DNA from: Frankiales bacterium
GTDB taxonomy: Bacteria > Actinomycetota > Actinomycetes > Mycobacteriales > SCTD01
Reading direction: 5' to 3'
NCBI GenBank assembly: GCA_025965475.1
Contig: JAOPWV010000105.1
Span: 320-64,319, forward strand
DNA length: 64,000 nucleotides
Made by a program: the position numbers and the translations under genes. Positions 51,366-60,027 of this stretch are shown here, one piece after another; the first letter of the stretch is position 1, and each line of letters begins with the position of its first letter. The notes under the pieces are model-generated. The model was not told where the DNA came from. It saw only the letters and a program-made list of their open reading frames with translations, and did not search any database.

Positions 51366-52147
51366 CCGCGATCCCGGAGACGGTGCGCGCGCAGAGCCTG
51401 CCGGCCGCAGCGCCGGACATCGACCGCCGCGGTCGGTGGGGCCTGCTCGTGCAACCCGGCGTGGTCGTCCTCGGCGTACTGCTGTTCCTCGTGTGGCGGC
51501 TCACCGCCCATCTGTCCGAGACGGAGCTGCGCACCCTGGGCTGGGCCCCGCTACGCGACAGCGTCCTCGGGCACCTGTGGCTGACCCTCGCGGCCGGGCT
51601 GATCGTGCTGGTCGTGGCGATTCCCCTCGGGGTCATGCTGACCCGGCCACGGCTGCGCCGGCTCTCCGGGCCGGTGCTGTTGCTGGCCAACACCGGTCAG
51701 GCCGCCCCGGCCATCGGCCTGATCGTGCTGCTCGCCGCGTGGCTCGGCTTCGGCTTCGGCACCGCCGTCCTCGCGCTCGTGCTGTACGCGATGCTGCCCG
51801 TCCTGCGGAACACGGTGGTCGGCATCACCGCCGTCAACCCCGCCCTGGTCGAGGCGGGTCGGGGCATGGGGATGTCCGCGACGTCGGTGCTGTTCAAGGT
51901 CGAACTGCCCCTCGCCGTCCCCGTCATCCTGGCCGGCGTCCGGACCGCACTGGTGCTGCTGGTAGGCACGGCGAGCCTGGCCGTCTTCGTGAACGGCGGG
52001 GGCCTCGGGATCCTCATCACGACCGGGATCGCGCTCTACCTCAGCTCCCTGCTCATCAGCGGGGCGGTGCTCGTCGCGCTGCTCGCGCTGTTCGTCGACT
52101 GGGTCGGCCGGGTCGTCGAGCAGCTCGCCCGGCCGCGGGGCCTGTGA
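51362..52147 (+). CDS. osmoprotectant ABC permease (second)
   Basis: GTG at 51362 overlaps the upstream stop (GTGA), in the frame of track ORF 50561..52147. The EAA-like loop is VEAGRGMGMSATSVLFKVELPLAVP. Confidence 0.85.
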   Translation: MTAIPETVRAQSLPAAAPDIDRRGRWGLLVQPGVVVLGVLLFLVWRLTAHLSETELRTLGWAPLRDSVLGHLWLTLAAGLIVLVVAIPLGVMLTRPRLRRLSGPVLLLANTGQAAPAIGLIVLLAAWLGFGFGTAVLALVLYAMLPVLRNTVVGITAVNPALVEAGRGMGMSATSVLFKVELPLAVPVILAGVRTALVLLVGTASLAVFVNGGGLGILITTGIALYLSSLLISGAVLVALLALFVDWVGRVVEQLARPRGL

Positions 52148-53130
52148 TGCCGGCCCCTGGGTCCCGCGTACGGCGGCTGGCTGCCGCCCTGACCCTCGTC
52201 CTGCTCGCCGGCTGCGGCCTGCAGACCGCCTCGGGGTTCGCGCCCACGGCCCGCCCGGGGCTGATCCGCCCGGTGCCCGGTGCCGCCGGCAGTCGCGTCA
52301 CGGTGGCCGGCAAGAACTTCACCGAGCAGTTGGTGCTCGGCAAGATCGGCGTGCTCGCCCTGCGGGCAGCCGGTTTCGACGTGGTGGACCACACCGACAT
52401 CCCGGGCTCGGTCGCCTCCCGCGCCGCCCTGCTCCACGGCGAGGCCGACGTGCAGTGGGAGTACACCGGCACGGCCTGGATCGCGTACCTGGGCCACGAG
52501 CGCGGCATCCCGGACCCCCGGCAGCAATGGCTGGCGGTTCGGGCCGCCGACGCGAGCCACGGCCTGACGTGGCTGCCCACGGCGCCCCTGAACAACACGT
52601 ACGGCCTCGCGATCCGACCCGACGCACCCGGCCCACTGCGCACCGTCAGGCGCATCTCGCAGATCGCCGGTCTGCCGGTGCCGCTGCGCACGTTCTGCGT
52701 CGAGACCGAGTTCGCGAGCCGGAACGACGGCTTCGAGCCGATGCTCAAGGCGTACGGCATGCCGCTCGGCGCGCAGAACGGCGTCCCCCGCGGCAACGTG
52801 CGCCTGCTCGACGCAGGAGCCATCTATCTGGCGACCGACTCGGGGACGTGCAACTTCGGCGAGATCTTCACGACCGACGGCCGGATCAAGGCGCTGCGCC
52901 TCACCGTGCTCGCCGACGACAGACACTTCTTCCCGGCCTACAACGCAGCCCCCGTCGTACGGACCCGCGTCCTGGAGGAGCATCCGCAGATCGCCGGCAT
53001 CTTCGCGCGCATCGCACCGCTGCTCAACGACCGGGTCATGATCGAACTGAACCGCCAGGTCGACGTCGACGGCAACGAGCCAGCGGATGTGGCGTACCGC
53101 TGGATGCGGTCCACGCACCTGGTCACCTGA
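52144..53130 (+). CDS. glycine-betaine/choline-type substrate-binding lipoprotein
   Basis: GTG 52144 or ATG 52147 overlaps the upstream stop. The lipobox is LVLLAGCG. The product contains GKNFTEQLVLGKI...WEYTGTAW...APLNNTYGLA, typical of OpuBC/OpuCC-like binding proteins. Confidence 0.85.
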   Translation: MMPAPGSRVRRLAAALTLVLLAGCGLQTASGFAPTARPGLIRPVPGAAGSRVTVAGKNFTEQLVLGKIGVLALRAAGFDVVDHTDIPGSVASRAALLHGEADVQWEYTGTAWIAYLGHERGIPDPRQQWLAVRAADASHGLTWLPTAPLNNTYGLAIRPDAPGPLRTVRRISQIAGLPVPLRTFCVETEFASRNDGFEPMLKAYGMPLGAQNGVPRGNVRLLDAGAIYLATDSGTCNFGEIFTTDGRIKALRLTVLADDRHFFPAYNAAPVVRTRVLEEHPQIAGIFARIAPLLNDRVMIELNRQVDVDGNEPADVAYRWMRSTHLVT

Positions 53131-53133
53131 CCG

Positions 53134-53532
53134 CTACTTCACGGTCAGCGTGCCCTTCATGTTCGGGTGCACGGTGCAGAGGAACGAGTACGCGCCCGGC
53201 TTGGACGGCGCCGCGAAGCTGACGTCGTGACCCGGTGTCGCGTCCGCGCTCTTGAAGCTGCCGTCGGTCGCCGTGGCGTTGTGCGGGGCGCTGTCGCTGT
53301 TGACCAGCGTGATCCGGGTTCCCGGCGCCACGGTGAGCGGGTCGAAGGCGAAGTCGTGCACCTTCAGCACCGCGGTGCCGGCGGCGGCCGCTGCAGGGGC
53401 GGCCGGGGTCGTCGGGGCCGGGGGGGCTGCGCTGCTCCCGCCGCAGGCCCCGAGCAGCGCCACGGACAGGGCGAGGACGCCGGCCAGCATCAGCGGAGCG
53501 CGAAGCGCGCGGCGATGGGGTTCTGGGTGCAT
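53134..53532 (-). CDS. cupredoxin (type-1 copper) lipoprotein
   Basis: It has a signal peptide plus lipobox LLGACGG. The copper-ligand pattern is SAPHNA...FLCTVHPNMKG (His...Cys-x2-His-x2-Met). Confidence 0.8.
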   Translation of the reverse strand: MHPEPHRRALRAPLMLAGVLALSVALLGACGGSSAAPPAPTTPAAPAAAAAGTAVLKVHDFAFDPLTVAPGTRITLVNSDSAPHNATATDGSFKSADATPGHDVSFAAPSKPGAYSFLCTVHPNMKGTLTVK

Positions 53533-53670
53533 GAGCGCACGATCCGCCGGCCCGGCGGTCCGGCCAATCAGACCTTCGGCCTAGGACCACCCGCCGCCAC
53601 CGCGGCCCGGGCTGGACAGCCGCCCTGCCCGGGCGGACCGTCGCAGGATCGGGCCCCATGCGCAGGGGAG

Positions 53671-54564
53671 GTGTGCCCCGCCGTGCAGCTGGCTCCGGTG
53701 GCCGCCGCGCTGGCGGCGGCGCTGTGCCTCGGCTTCGGCTTCGTGCTCCAGCAGCGGGTCGCCGCCACCGTGCCGCAGTCGGATGTCCTCACGCTGCGGC
53801 TGCTCCGCGACCTGGTCGTCCAACCCGCCTGGCTGGCGGGTATCGCGAGCATGGTGGTGGGACAGCTGCTCGGAGCACTGGCCCTGCGGATGGCGGACAT
53901 CAGCCTCGTCGAGCCGCTGCTGACCGTGAACATCCTGTTCGCCCTCGGAATCTCGGCACGTCTGGCCGGTCGCCACCTGCGCCTGCGGGACTGGGTCGGC
54001 GTGGCGATGCTCACCGGCGGCATCACGGTCTTCCTGCTGGCGGCGCATCCGGCAGCCGCGGGTGAGGCCGCCCAGATGGGGCTCACCCAGTGGGTGACGC
54101 TCGCGGCTACGGGGGCCGTCGCCGCGGCGGCCGTCGTCGTGGCGCGCTCCCGGTCCGGCGCCGGGCGGGCCGCGCTGCTCGCCGCCGCGGCAGGCATCCT
54201 GTTCGGGCTGCAGGACGGCCTCACCCGGCAGGTGACCCTTCTCCTGGGTTCCGGGGTGCCTGCACTCGTCGTCCGGTGGGAACCGTGGGTCCTGCTGCTC
54301 ATCGCGGTCACGGGCCTGGTCCTGGCCGAGAGCGCGTTCGCCTCCGCCCCTCTCCAGACCTCCCTGCCCCCGCTCACCATCGCGGAGCCACTGGCGGGCA
54401 TCGGCGTCGGGATCGGCTACTTCGGCGAGCAACTGCGCACCGCGCCGGGGGCGCTGATGCTCGAGAGCGCAGGTCTGCTCGCCATGGTTTTCGGCTGCCT
54501 GGTCCTCACCAGCTCTCCCCTGCTCGCCTCGATCGCCCATACCCACGGGTTGCGGAGGCGGTGA
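53671..54564 (+). CDS. DMT-superfamily-like integral membrane protein
   Basis: It lies in the frame of track ORF 53167..54564, starting at GTG 53671 or GTG 53683. The later start has better spacing from the GGGGAGG at 53665..53671. The product is almost entirely hydrophobic helices. Confidence 0.65.
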   Translation: MCPAVQLAPVAAALAAALCLGFGFVLQQRVAATVPQSDVLTLRLLRDLVVQPAWLAGIASMVVGQLLGALALRMADISLVEPLLTVNILFALGISARLAGRHLRLRDWVGVAMLTGGITVFLLAAHPAAAGEAAQMGLTQWVTLAATGAVAAAAVVVARSRSGAGRAALLAAAAGILFGLQDGLTRQVTLLLGSGVPALVVRWEPWVLLLIAVTGLVLAESAFASAPLQTSLPPLTIAEPLAGIGVGIGYFGEQLRTAPGALMLESAGLLAMVFGCLVLTSSPLLASIAHTHGLRRR

Positions 54565-55421
54565 ACGTGGCCGCCGTCGTCTTCGCCCTCCTGGCCGCGA
54601 CGACCAACGCCCTGTCCTCGGTGCTGCAGCGCCTGGCGGCGCGGACGGCGCCACCGTCCGACGGCTGCTGGCTGTCCCAGGTGCGGTACCTGCTCCGGCA
54701 GCCGGTCTGGTACGGCGGGATGGCCGGCCTGATCCTCGGCTTCCTCCTCCAGGCGTCCGCCCTCGACCGGGCACCGCTGGCACTGGTCCAGCCGCTGCTG
54801 GTCACCGAGCTGCCGTTGACGCTGCTGTTCGCCCGGCCGCTCCTGCACATGCCCATGGAGCCGCGCTCGTGGGTCGCGGCAGTACTCCTGGCCGCCGGGC
54901 TCGCCCTCCTCCTGGTCGCGGCCTCCCCGAGCGGCGGCCAGCACCAGCCGTCGTCCGCGGCGTGGGTGCTGGCGACAGCTGTGACCGGAGGGATCCTGGC
55001 GGTGCTCGTCACACTGGCGCGCCACGCCTCCGGGCCGCTGCGGTCGGCCCTGCTCGGCGCCTGCGCCGGGATCGGCTTCGGCCTCACGGCCGCCTTCATG
55101 AAGGCGGCGACAGAACACCTCGGGGGTGGCCTGCCGGCGCTCCTGGACACCTGGCAGGTCTACGCGATGGTGTTCAGCGGGATCGCCAGCGTGGCCCTGC
55201 TCCAGGCCGCCTTCCACGCCGGACCGATCATCGCCGCGCAGCCCCCGGTGACGTTGCTGGATCCGATCGCCTCGACGGGCTACGGGATCGCCTTGTTCTC
55301 GGACCAGGTGCGCGGGGGCTGGTGGATCGCCCTCGAGCTGACGGGCCTGGTCCTGATCGCCGCCGGTACCGCCGAGATGTCCCGGTCACCGCTGCTGGCG
55401 GACGCGTCCTGGCAGCGCTAG
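54561..55421 (+). CDS. DMT-superfamily-like integral membrane protein (paralogue of preceding gene)
   Basis: GTG at 54561 overlaps the upstream stop (GTGA), in the frame of track ORF 54090..55421. The layout matches 13674..14537 and 53671..54564 (N-terminal ...LSSVLQRLAAR compared with ...GFVLQQRVA and ...ASALQHHQAG). Confidence 0.65.
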   Translation: MNVAAVVFALLAATTNALSSVLQRLAARTAPPSDGCWLSQVRYLLRQPVWYGGMAGLILGFLLQASALDRAPLALVQPLLVTELPLTLLFARPLLHMPMEPRSWVAAVLLAAGLALLLVAASPSGGQHQPSSAAWVLATAVTGGILAVLVTLARHASGPLRSALLGACAGIGFGLTAAFMKAATEHLGGGLPALLDTWQVYAMVFSGIASVALLQAAFHAGPIIAAQPPVTLLDPIASTGYGIALFSDQVRGGWWIALELTGLVLIAAGTAEMSRSPLLADASWQR

Positions 55422-56464
55422 GCGATCAGCTGGGCCGCGTCCTGCACGGGCCTGCCGTCGGACTCCGTAGCGGCGCTGCTGCATCCGTCGAGCATCCGCA
55501 CGAGGTCGTCGTCGTCACGCGCCCACGGCACGAGCCCCAGCCGGTCCAGGCGCTCGGCAGCCGCCCGCCCGTGCCCGGGGATCGGGCGGTAGGTGATGAC
55601 CGGACGCCCGGCCGTCAAGGCCTCCCAGCAGCTGAGCCCCCCGGCGTTCTGTACCACCGCATGCGCCGTACGCACGAGCGCCGGTACGTCGTCGCGCCAG
55701 CCGAGGGCCACCACGCCCGGCTCCCGGCGCAGTGTGTCGAGCAGCCGCTGGTTGTGCGCGCAGAGCACGACCGGCACGTACCTGCCGGTCCGCGCCACCA
55801 CGTGGGCGCACCGTCGCAGGTCGCCCACCCCCCACGCCCCTGCCGTGAGCACGACCATCGCCCGGCCAGCAGGGACTGCGAGGACCTCCCAGGACGGCTG
55901 CTGGGCCGGGCGACGGAAGTCAGGCCGCACGAGCGGTCCGACCTCCAGCGGGTCGCGGGCACCTCGGGCCCCGGCCTCCTGCACGGCGGACGGGTGCAGG
56001 CACAGGTGCCGGTCGTTGCCCGGATGGACCCACAGCGCATGGACGACGAGGTCGGTCACGAGCACGGTGCTCAGTACGTCGAGCTGCCCCCGGCTGCGCA
56101 ACCGGCCGGTCACCTGGGCCGCCAGGTGGAACGTCGCGACGACGGCGTCCGGCGCCAGGTCGGCGAGCAGGCGGCGGACCGGGCGCTCGGCGAGCACCAC
56201 GACCGGGTCGGCCCGCGTTCGACGGCGCGCCGGCGGCTCGAAGAAGTGGCCGTAGATGCCCTGGTACAGCCACGGCGCGTGGTGCAGCATCTGCCCGTAC
56301 GAGGTGCGGAGCAGTCGTCCGGTCCCGGCCGGGAGCAGCGCGAGCAGGTCCCGCAACACCGGCTCGTCGCCCCGGGCGGTCAGCCGGCGGGCCAGCTCGG
56401 CGGCGGCGGCGTCGTGGCCGGCGCCCATGCTCGCGCTGAGCAGCAGGACGCGACGGCCCGTCAT
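55418..56464 (-). CDS. glycosyltransferase (MGDG-synthase / GT28-like)
   Basis: The N-terminus VLLLSASMGAGHDAAAAEL is typical of the MGDG-synthase-like family. The C-terminal GT-B half has VVQNAGGLSCWEALTAGRPVI. Confidence 0.75.
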   Translation of the reverse strand: MTGRRVLLLSASMGAGHDAAAAELARRLTARGDEPVLRDLLALLPAGTGRLLRTSYGQMLHHAPWLYQGIYGHFFEPPARRRTRADPVVVLAERPVRRLLADLAPDAVVATFHLAAQVTGRLRSRGQLDVLSTVLVTDLVVHALWVHPGNDRHLCLHPSAVQEAGARGARDPLEVGPLVRPDFRRPAQQPSWEVLAVPAGRAMVVLTAGAWGVGDLRRCAHVVARTGRYVPVVLCAHNQRLLDTLRREPGVVALGWRDDVPALVRTAHAVVQNAGGLSCWEALTAGRPVITYRPIPGHGRAAAERLDRLGLVPWARDDDDLVRMLDGCSSAATESDGRPVQDAAQLIA

Positions 56465-56493
56465 CCGGCCGGCACGGGTGAGGGAGGAGCGGC

Positions 56494-57246
56494 GTGGAGC
56501 TCGCCGGTGCCGTCGTCGCGGTCACCGGTGCGACGCGTGGCATCGGCCGGAGCACCGTGCTGCTGCTGGCCGGGCGCGGCGCCCGCGTCGTGTGCGTGGG
56601 ACGTGACCCCGAGGCGGCCCGGGACGTGGCGCGCCAGGCGGGCGGCTCCTGGCTGGCCCTCGACCTGCGCGACCCGGCGAGCGCCGAGCAGGTCGTCGCG
56701 CACGCCCTGCGGGAACACGGGAGGCTGGACGCCCTGGTCGCGGGCGCGGGGCTGGGCCACGTCGGCGACCTGGCGGACATGCCGGCGGCGCTGATCGAGG
56801 AGCTCGTCGAGGTCAACCTGCTGTCGCCGATGTTGCTGGCCCGCGCCTGCCTGCCCGTGATGCGCGACCAGGGGCGGGGCAGCCTGCTGTTCGTCACGTC
56901 GATCGCGGGCGCGCTCGGTGTGCCCGGCGAGAGCGTGTACTCGGCCACCAAAGCGGCGGTGGAGGTGTTCGCGGACGCGCTCCGCGAGGAGGTGCGCGAG
57001 GACGGGCTGACGGTGACGACGGTGCTGCCCGCCGTCGTCGACACCGACTTCCTCGCGGCGCGGGCCCGGCCGTACGACCGCCGGCTGCCCCGGCCGGTCC
57101 CGCCGGAGCACATCGCCCGCGAGGTCGTGCGGGCCCTCGAGCGCGGCTCCCGCCGCCAGGTCCGGCCGCGCTGGCTGAGGGTGCCGATGACCCTGCGGGC
57201 CGTCGCTCCAGCGGTCTACCGGACGCTGGAACGGCGGTGGGGCTGA
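56494..57246 (+). CDS. short-chain dehydrogenase/reductase (SDR)
   Basis: Motifs are the cofactor site VTGATRGIG, the catalytic YSATKAA and an upstream Ser (TSIAG). Confidence 0.9.
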   Translation: MELAGAVVAVTGATRGIGRSTVLLLAGRGARVVCVGRDPEAARDVARQAGGSWLALDLRDPASAEQVVAHALREHGRLDALVAGAGLGHVGDLADMPAALIEELVEVNLLSPMLLARACLPVMRDQGRGSLLFVTSIAGALGVPGESVYSATKAAVEVFADALREEVREDGLTVTTVLPAVVDTDFLAARARPYDRRLPRPVPPEHIAREVVRALERGSRRQVRPRWLRVPMTLRAVAPAVYRTLERRWG

Positions 57247-57257
57247 CCCGCCGTCAG
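57243..57257. terminator. short hairpin CTGAC-N5-GTCAG built from two convergent stop codons
   Basis: CTGAC (57243..57247) pairs with GTCAG (57253..57257). It contains the SDR TGA and the dxs TGA. There is no U-tract. Confidence 0.15.
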
Positions 57258-59011
57258 ACGGCGACGTACGCCCGCGCATGCAGCGCCGCCTCGACCTGCG
57301 CGACGATGCCGCCCGCGTCCAGCCCCGCCTCGGCGAGGACGGCGGCCCGCCGGCCGTGGGGCAGGAACGCCTGCGGCAGCCCCAGCGCGACGACCTCGCT
57401 GCGCACCCCCGCCTCGCGCAGCGCCCGGCCGACCGTGCTGCCGTAGCCGCCCGCGAGGCCGTTGTCCTCCACCGTGACGACGAAGCGGTAGGCGCCGCAG
57501 AGCCGCACCACGTCGGGCTCGACGGGCAGCACCCAGCGCGGGTCCACGACGCTCACGGGAACCCCCCGCCGGGTCAACTCGCCGGCCGCCTCCAGGGCCG
57601 CGGGGGCGAGCGGCCCGACCGGCAGGAGCAGGACGTCCGCGTCGCCGTCCGAGGACAGGACCTCGCCGTGGCCCACGCGGCCCCTTGCGGGTACGGCGGG
57701 ACCGGCGTCGCCCTTGGGGAAGCGCACCGCAGTGGGGCCGTCGCCGTCGGCCACGGCCTCGTGCAGCAGGTCCAGCAGGCTCGCCGGGTCGCGAGGCGCG
57801 GCCACCCGCAGGCCGGGCACCAGCCCGAGCAGCGACAGGTCCCACATCCCGTGGTGGCTGGGCCCGTCCTCCCCCGTGACACCCGCCCGGTCGAGCACGA
57901 AGGTCACCGGCAGCCGGTGCAGCCCCACGTCCAGCAGCACCGAGTCGAGCGCGCGGTTGAGGAACGTCGCGTAGATGCACACGACTGGATGCAGCCCGGC
58001 CATCGCGAGCCCGGCGGCCGAGGTGACGGCGTGCTGCTCGGCGATCCCCACGTCGTGCACCCGGTCGGGGAAGCGACGGGCGAACGGGAGCAGCCCGGTG
58101 GGGCGCAGCATGGCCGCGGTGACGGCGACGAGGTCCGGACGCTGTTCACCGAGCTCGACCAGCCCCTCGCTCAGCACGGACGTCCAGCTACGGGCGGCCG
58201 GCACCGGGCTCGCCGGCGAAACGCTGTGCATCCGGTCCGCGACGTCCGCCTCCGCTGTGGGGAAGCCCTTTCCCTTGCACGTCAGGCAATGGACGACGAC
58301 CGGCCGGTGCAGCCCGGCCGCCGCGCGCAGCGCCTCCTCGACGGCTGTCACGTCATGGCCGTCCACCGGTCCCAGATACGCCAGACCGAGGGCGGTGAAG
58401 AACGGAGCGGGCCGGTCCGGTCCGTGCAGGGCCGCCAGGTGCGCCGCCAAGCCACCGACCGTCGCGTCGTAGGAGCGGCCGTTGTCGTTGAGCACCACGA
58501 CGACCGGCCGCTCGGGCGCTCCCCCGAGATTGTTCAGCGCCTCCCAGGCGAGCCCGCCGGTGAGGGCGCCGTCGCCGATGACGGCGACGACGCTGCGATC
58601 CGTCTGCCGGGTCAGAGCGAAGGCCTTCGCCCAGCCGTCGGCGTACGCCAGCGCGGTGGAGGCGTGCGAGTTCTCGACGTGGTCGTGCGGGCTCTCCGCC
58701 CGGCTCGGGTACCCGGACAGGCCGCCCCGCTGCCGCAGCCGGGCGAACCCGGCCCGCCGTCCGGTCAGCAACTTGTGGACGTACGCCTGGTGTCCGGTGT
58801 CCCAGAGCAGGACGTCGTGCGGCGAGCGGAAGACCCGGTGCAGGGCCAGCGTCAGCTCGACGACGCCGAGGTTCGGGCCGAGGTGGCCGCCGGTCGCCGA
58901 GACGGAGGCGATCAGGACCCGGCGCAGCTCCTCCGCGAGAGCCGGGAGCAGCGCCGGGGCCAGCCGGCGCAGGTCCTCCGGCCCGCTGAGCCCGTCCAGG
59001 AGCGGCGTCAC
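57254..59011 (-). CDS. dxs: 1-deoxy-D-xylulose-5-phosphate synthase (cluster-associated copy)
   Basis: Track ORF 57254..59914 was trimmed to GTG at 59011 (VTPLLDGLSGPEDLRRL). The product contains GGHLGPNLGVVELTLALH, WDTGHQAYVHK, the ThDP motif GDGALTGG...LNDN, and EQHAVT. Confidence 0.9.
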   Translation of the reverse strand: MTPLLDGLSGPEDLRRLAPALLPALAEELRRVLIASVSATGGHLGPNLGVVELTLALHRVFRSPHDVLLWDTGHQAYVHKLLTGRRAGFARLRQRGGLSGYPSRAESPHDHVENSHASTALAYADGWAKAFALTRQTDRSVVAVIGDGALTGGLAWEALNNLGGAPERPVVVVLNDNGRSYDATVGGLAAHLAALHGPDRPAPFFTALGLAYLGPVDGHDVTAVEEALRAAAGLHRPVVVHCLTCKGKGFPTAEADVADRMHSVSPASPVPAARSWTSVLSEGLVELGEQRPDLVAVTAAMLRPTGLLPFARRFPDRVHDVGIAEQHAVTSAAGLAMAGLHPVVCIYATFLNRALDSVLLDVGLHRLPVTFVLDRAGVTGEDGPSHHGMWDLSLLGLVPGLRVAAPRDPASLLDLLHEAVADGDGPTAVRFPKGDAGPAVPARGRVGHGEVLSSDGDADVLLLPVGPLAPAALEAAGELTRRGVPVSVVDPRWVLPVEPDVVRLCGAYRFVVTVEDNGLAGGYGSTVGRALREAGVRSEVVALGLPQAFLPHGRRAAVLAEAGLDAGGIVAQVEAALHARAYVAV

Positions 59012-59019
59012 GGCACGCC

Positions 59020-60024
59020 TCACCTGCCGCTGACCGCGCGCAGGCTCTCGCGCAGCGAGGCGGTGGTCACGAACACGGCACTGGGCTCGTACCCGCAGTG
59101 CGCCATGCAGTTGGCGCAGCGCGGGTCGTGACCGCGCCCGTACGACGACCAGTCGGTCTCCTCGATCAGCTCCCGGTACGTGCTCGCGTAGCCGTCGTCG
59201 AGCAGGTAGCAGGGCCGCTGCCAGCCGAGCAGCGAGTACGACGGGATGGCCCAGGCGGTGCACGCGAGGTCGCGGCGGCCCTCGAGGAAGTCGAGGAACA
59301 CCGGCGAGTGGTTGAGACGCCAGCGCCGGCGGCGGCCACCGGCGAAGGCCTCGGCGAACAGCGCCCGGGTCTGCTCGACGCCCAGCCAGTGCTCCTGGTC
59401 GGGCGCCTTGGAGTAGGCGTACGCGGGCGAGATCTGCATGCTGTCGACCTTCAGGTCGTCGTTCAGGAAGTCCAGGACATCGATCACGTCCCGCGGCTGG
59501 TCGGTGCTGAAGAAGGTGGTGTTGGTGTTGACGCGGAAGCCCGCCTCCTGCGCCATCCGGACGGCGGCGACCGCCAGGTCGAACACGCCGTCCTTGCAGA
59601 CCGAGGCGTCGTGCCGCTCCCGCAGCCCGTCCACGTGGACCATCCAGGCGAAGTTCCGGTGCGGCGTGAACCGGTGCAGGTGCTTGGGCAGCAGCACGGC
59701 ATTCGTGCACAGGAAGACGATCTTGTTGCGGTCGAGCAGCCGGCGGACGATCTCGTCGATCTGGGGGTGCATCAGCGGCTCGCCGCCGGCGATGGACACC
59801 ATCGGCGCGCCGCTCTCCTCGATGGCCGCGACGGCCTGCTCGACCGGCATCCGCTGCTTGAGCAGCGAGGCCGGCTGCGCGATCTTGCCGCAGCCCGCGC
59901 ACGTGAGGTTGCACGCGAACAGCGGCTCGAGCTCGACCAGCAGCGGGAACTTGTCACGACGCAGCAGCTTCTGCGCGAGCAGGTAGCTCCCGAGCCGGAC
60001 CGTCTGTCGCAGGGGCATGGCCAC
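59020..60024 (-). CDS. hpnH: adenosyl-hopene transferase HpnH (radical SAM)
   Basis: The radical-SAM motif is CNLTCAGCG. The N-terminus is LRQTVRLGSYLLAQKL and the C-terminal cysteines are CANCMAHCGYE. It lies in a hopanoid context next to shc. Confidence 0.9.
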   Translation of the reverse strand: MAMPLRQTVRLGSYLLAQKLLRRDKFPLLVELEPLFACNLTCAGCGKIAQPASLLKQRMPVEQAVAAIEESGAPMVSIAGGEPLMHPQIDEIVRRLLDRNKIVFLCTNAVLLPKHLHRFTPHRNFAWMVHVDGLRERHDASVCKDGVFDLAVAAVRMAQEAGFRVNTNTTFFSTDQPRDVIDVLDFLNDDLKVDSMQISPAYAYSKAPDQEHWLGVEQTRALFAEAFAGGRRRRWRLNHSPVFLDFLEGRRDLACTAWAIPSYSLLGWQRPCYLLDDGYASTYRELIEETDWSSYGRGHDPRCANCMAHCGYEPSAVFVTTASLRESLRAVSGR

Positions 60025-60027
60025 GGG

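Noticed and set aside
55418-57246. The glycosyltransferase and SDR pair, considered as part of the hopanoid cluster (hpnA/hpnB-like)
   Set aside because: The SDR is a classical short-chain type rather than an HpnA-like extended sugar epimerase. The glycosyltransferase is MGDG-synthase-like rather than HpnB- or HpnI-like. The two genes are divergent from each other, and the SDR converges on dxs. Adjacency alone is insufficient.
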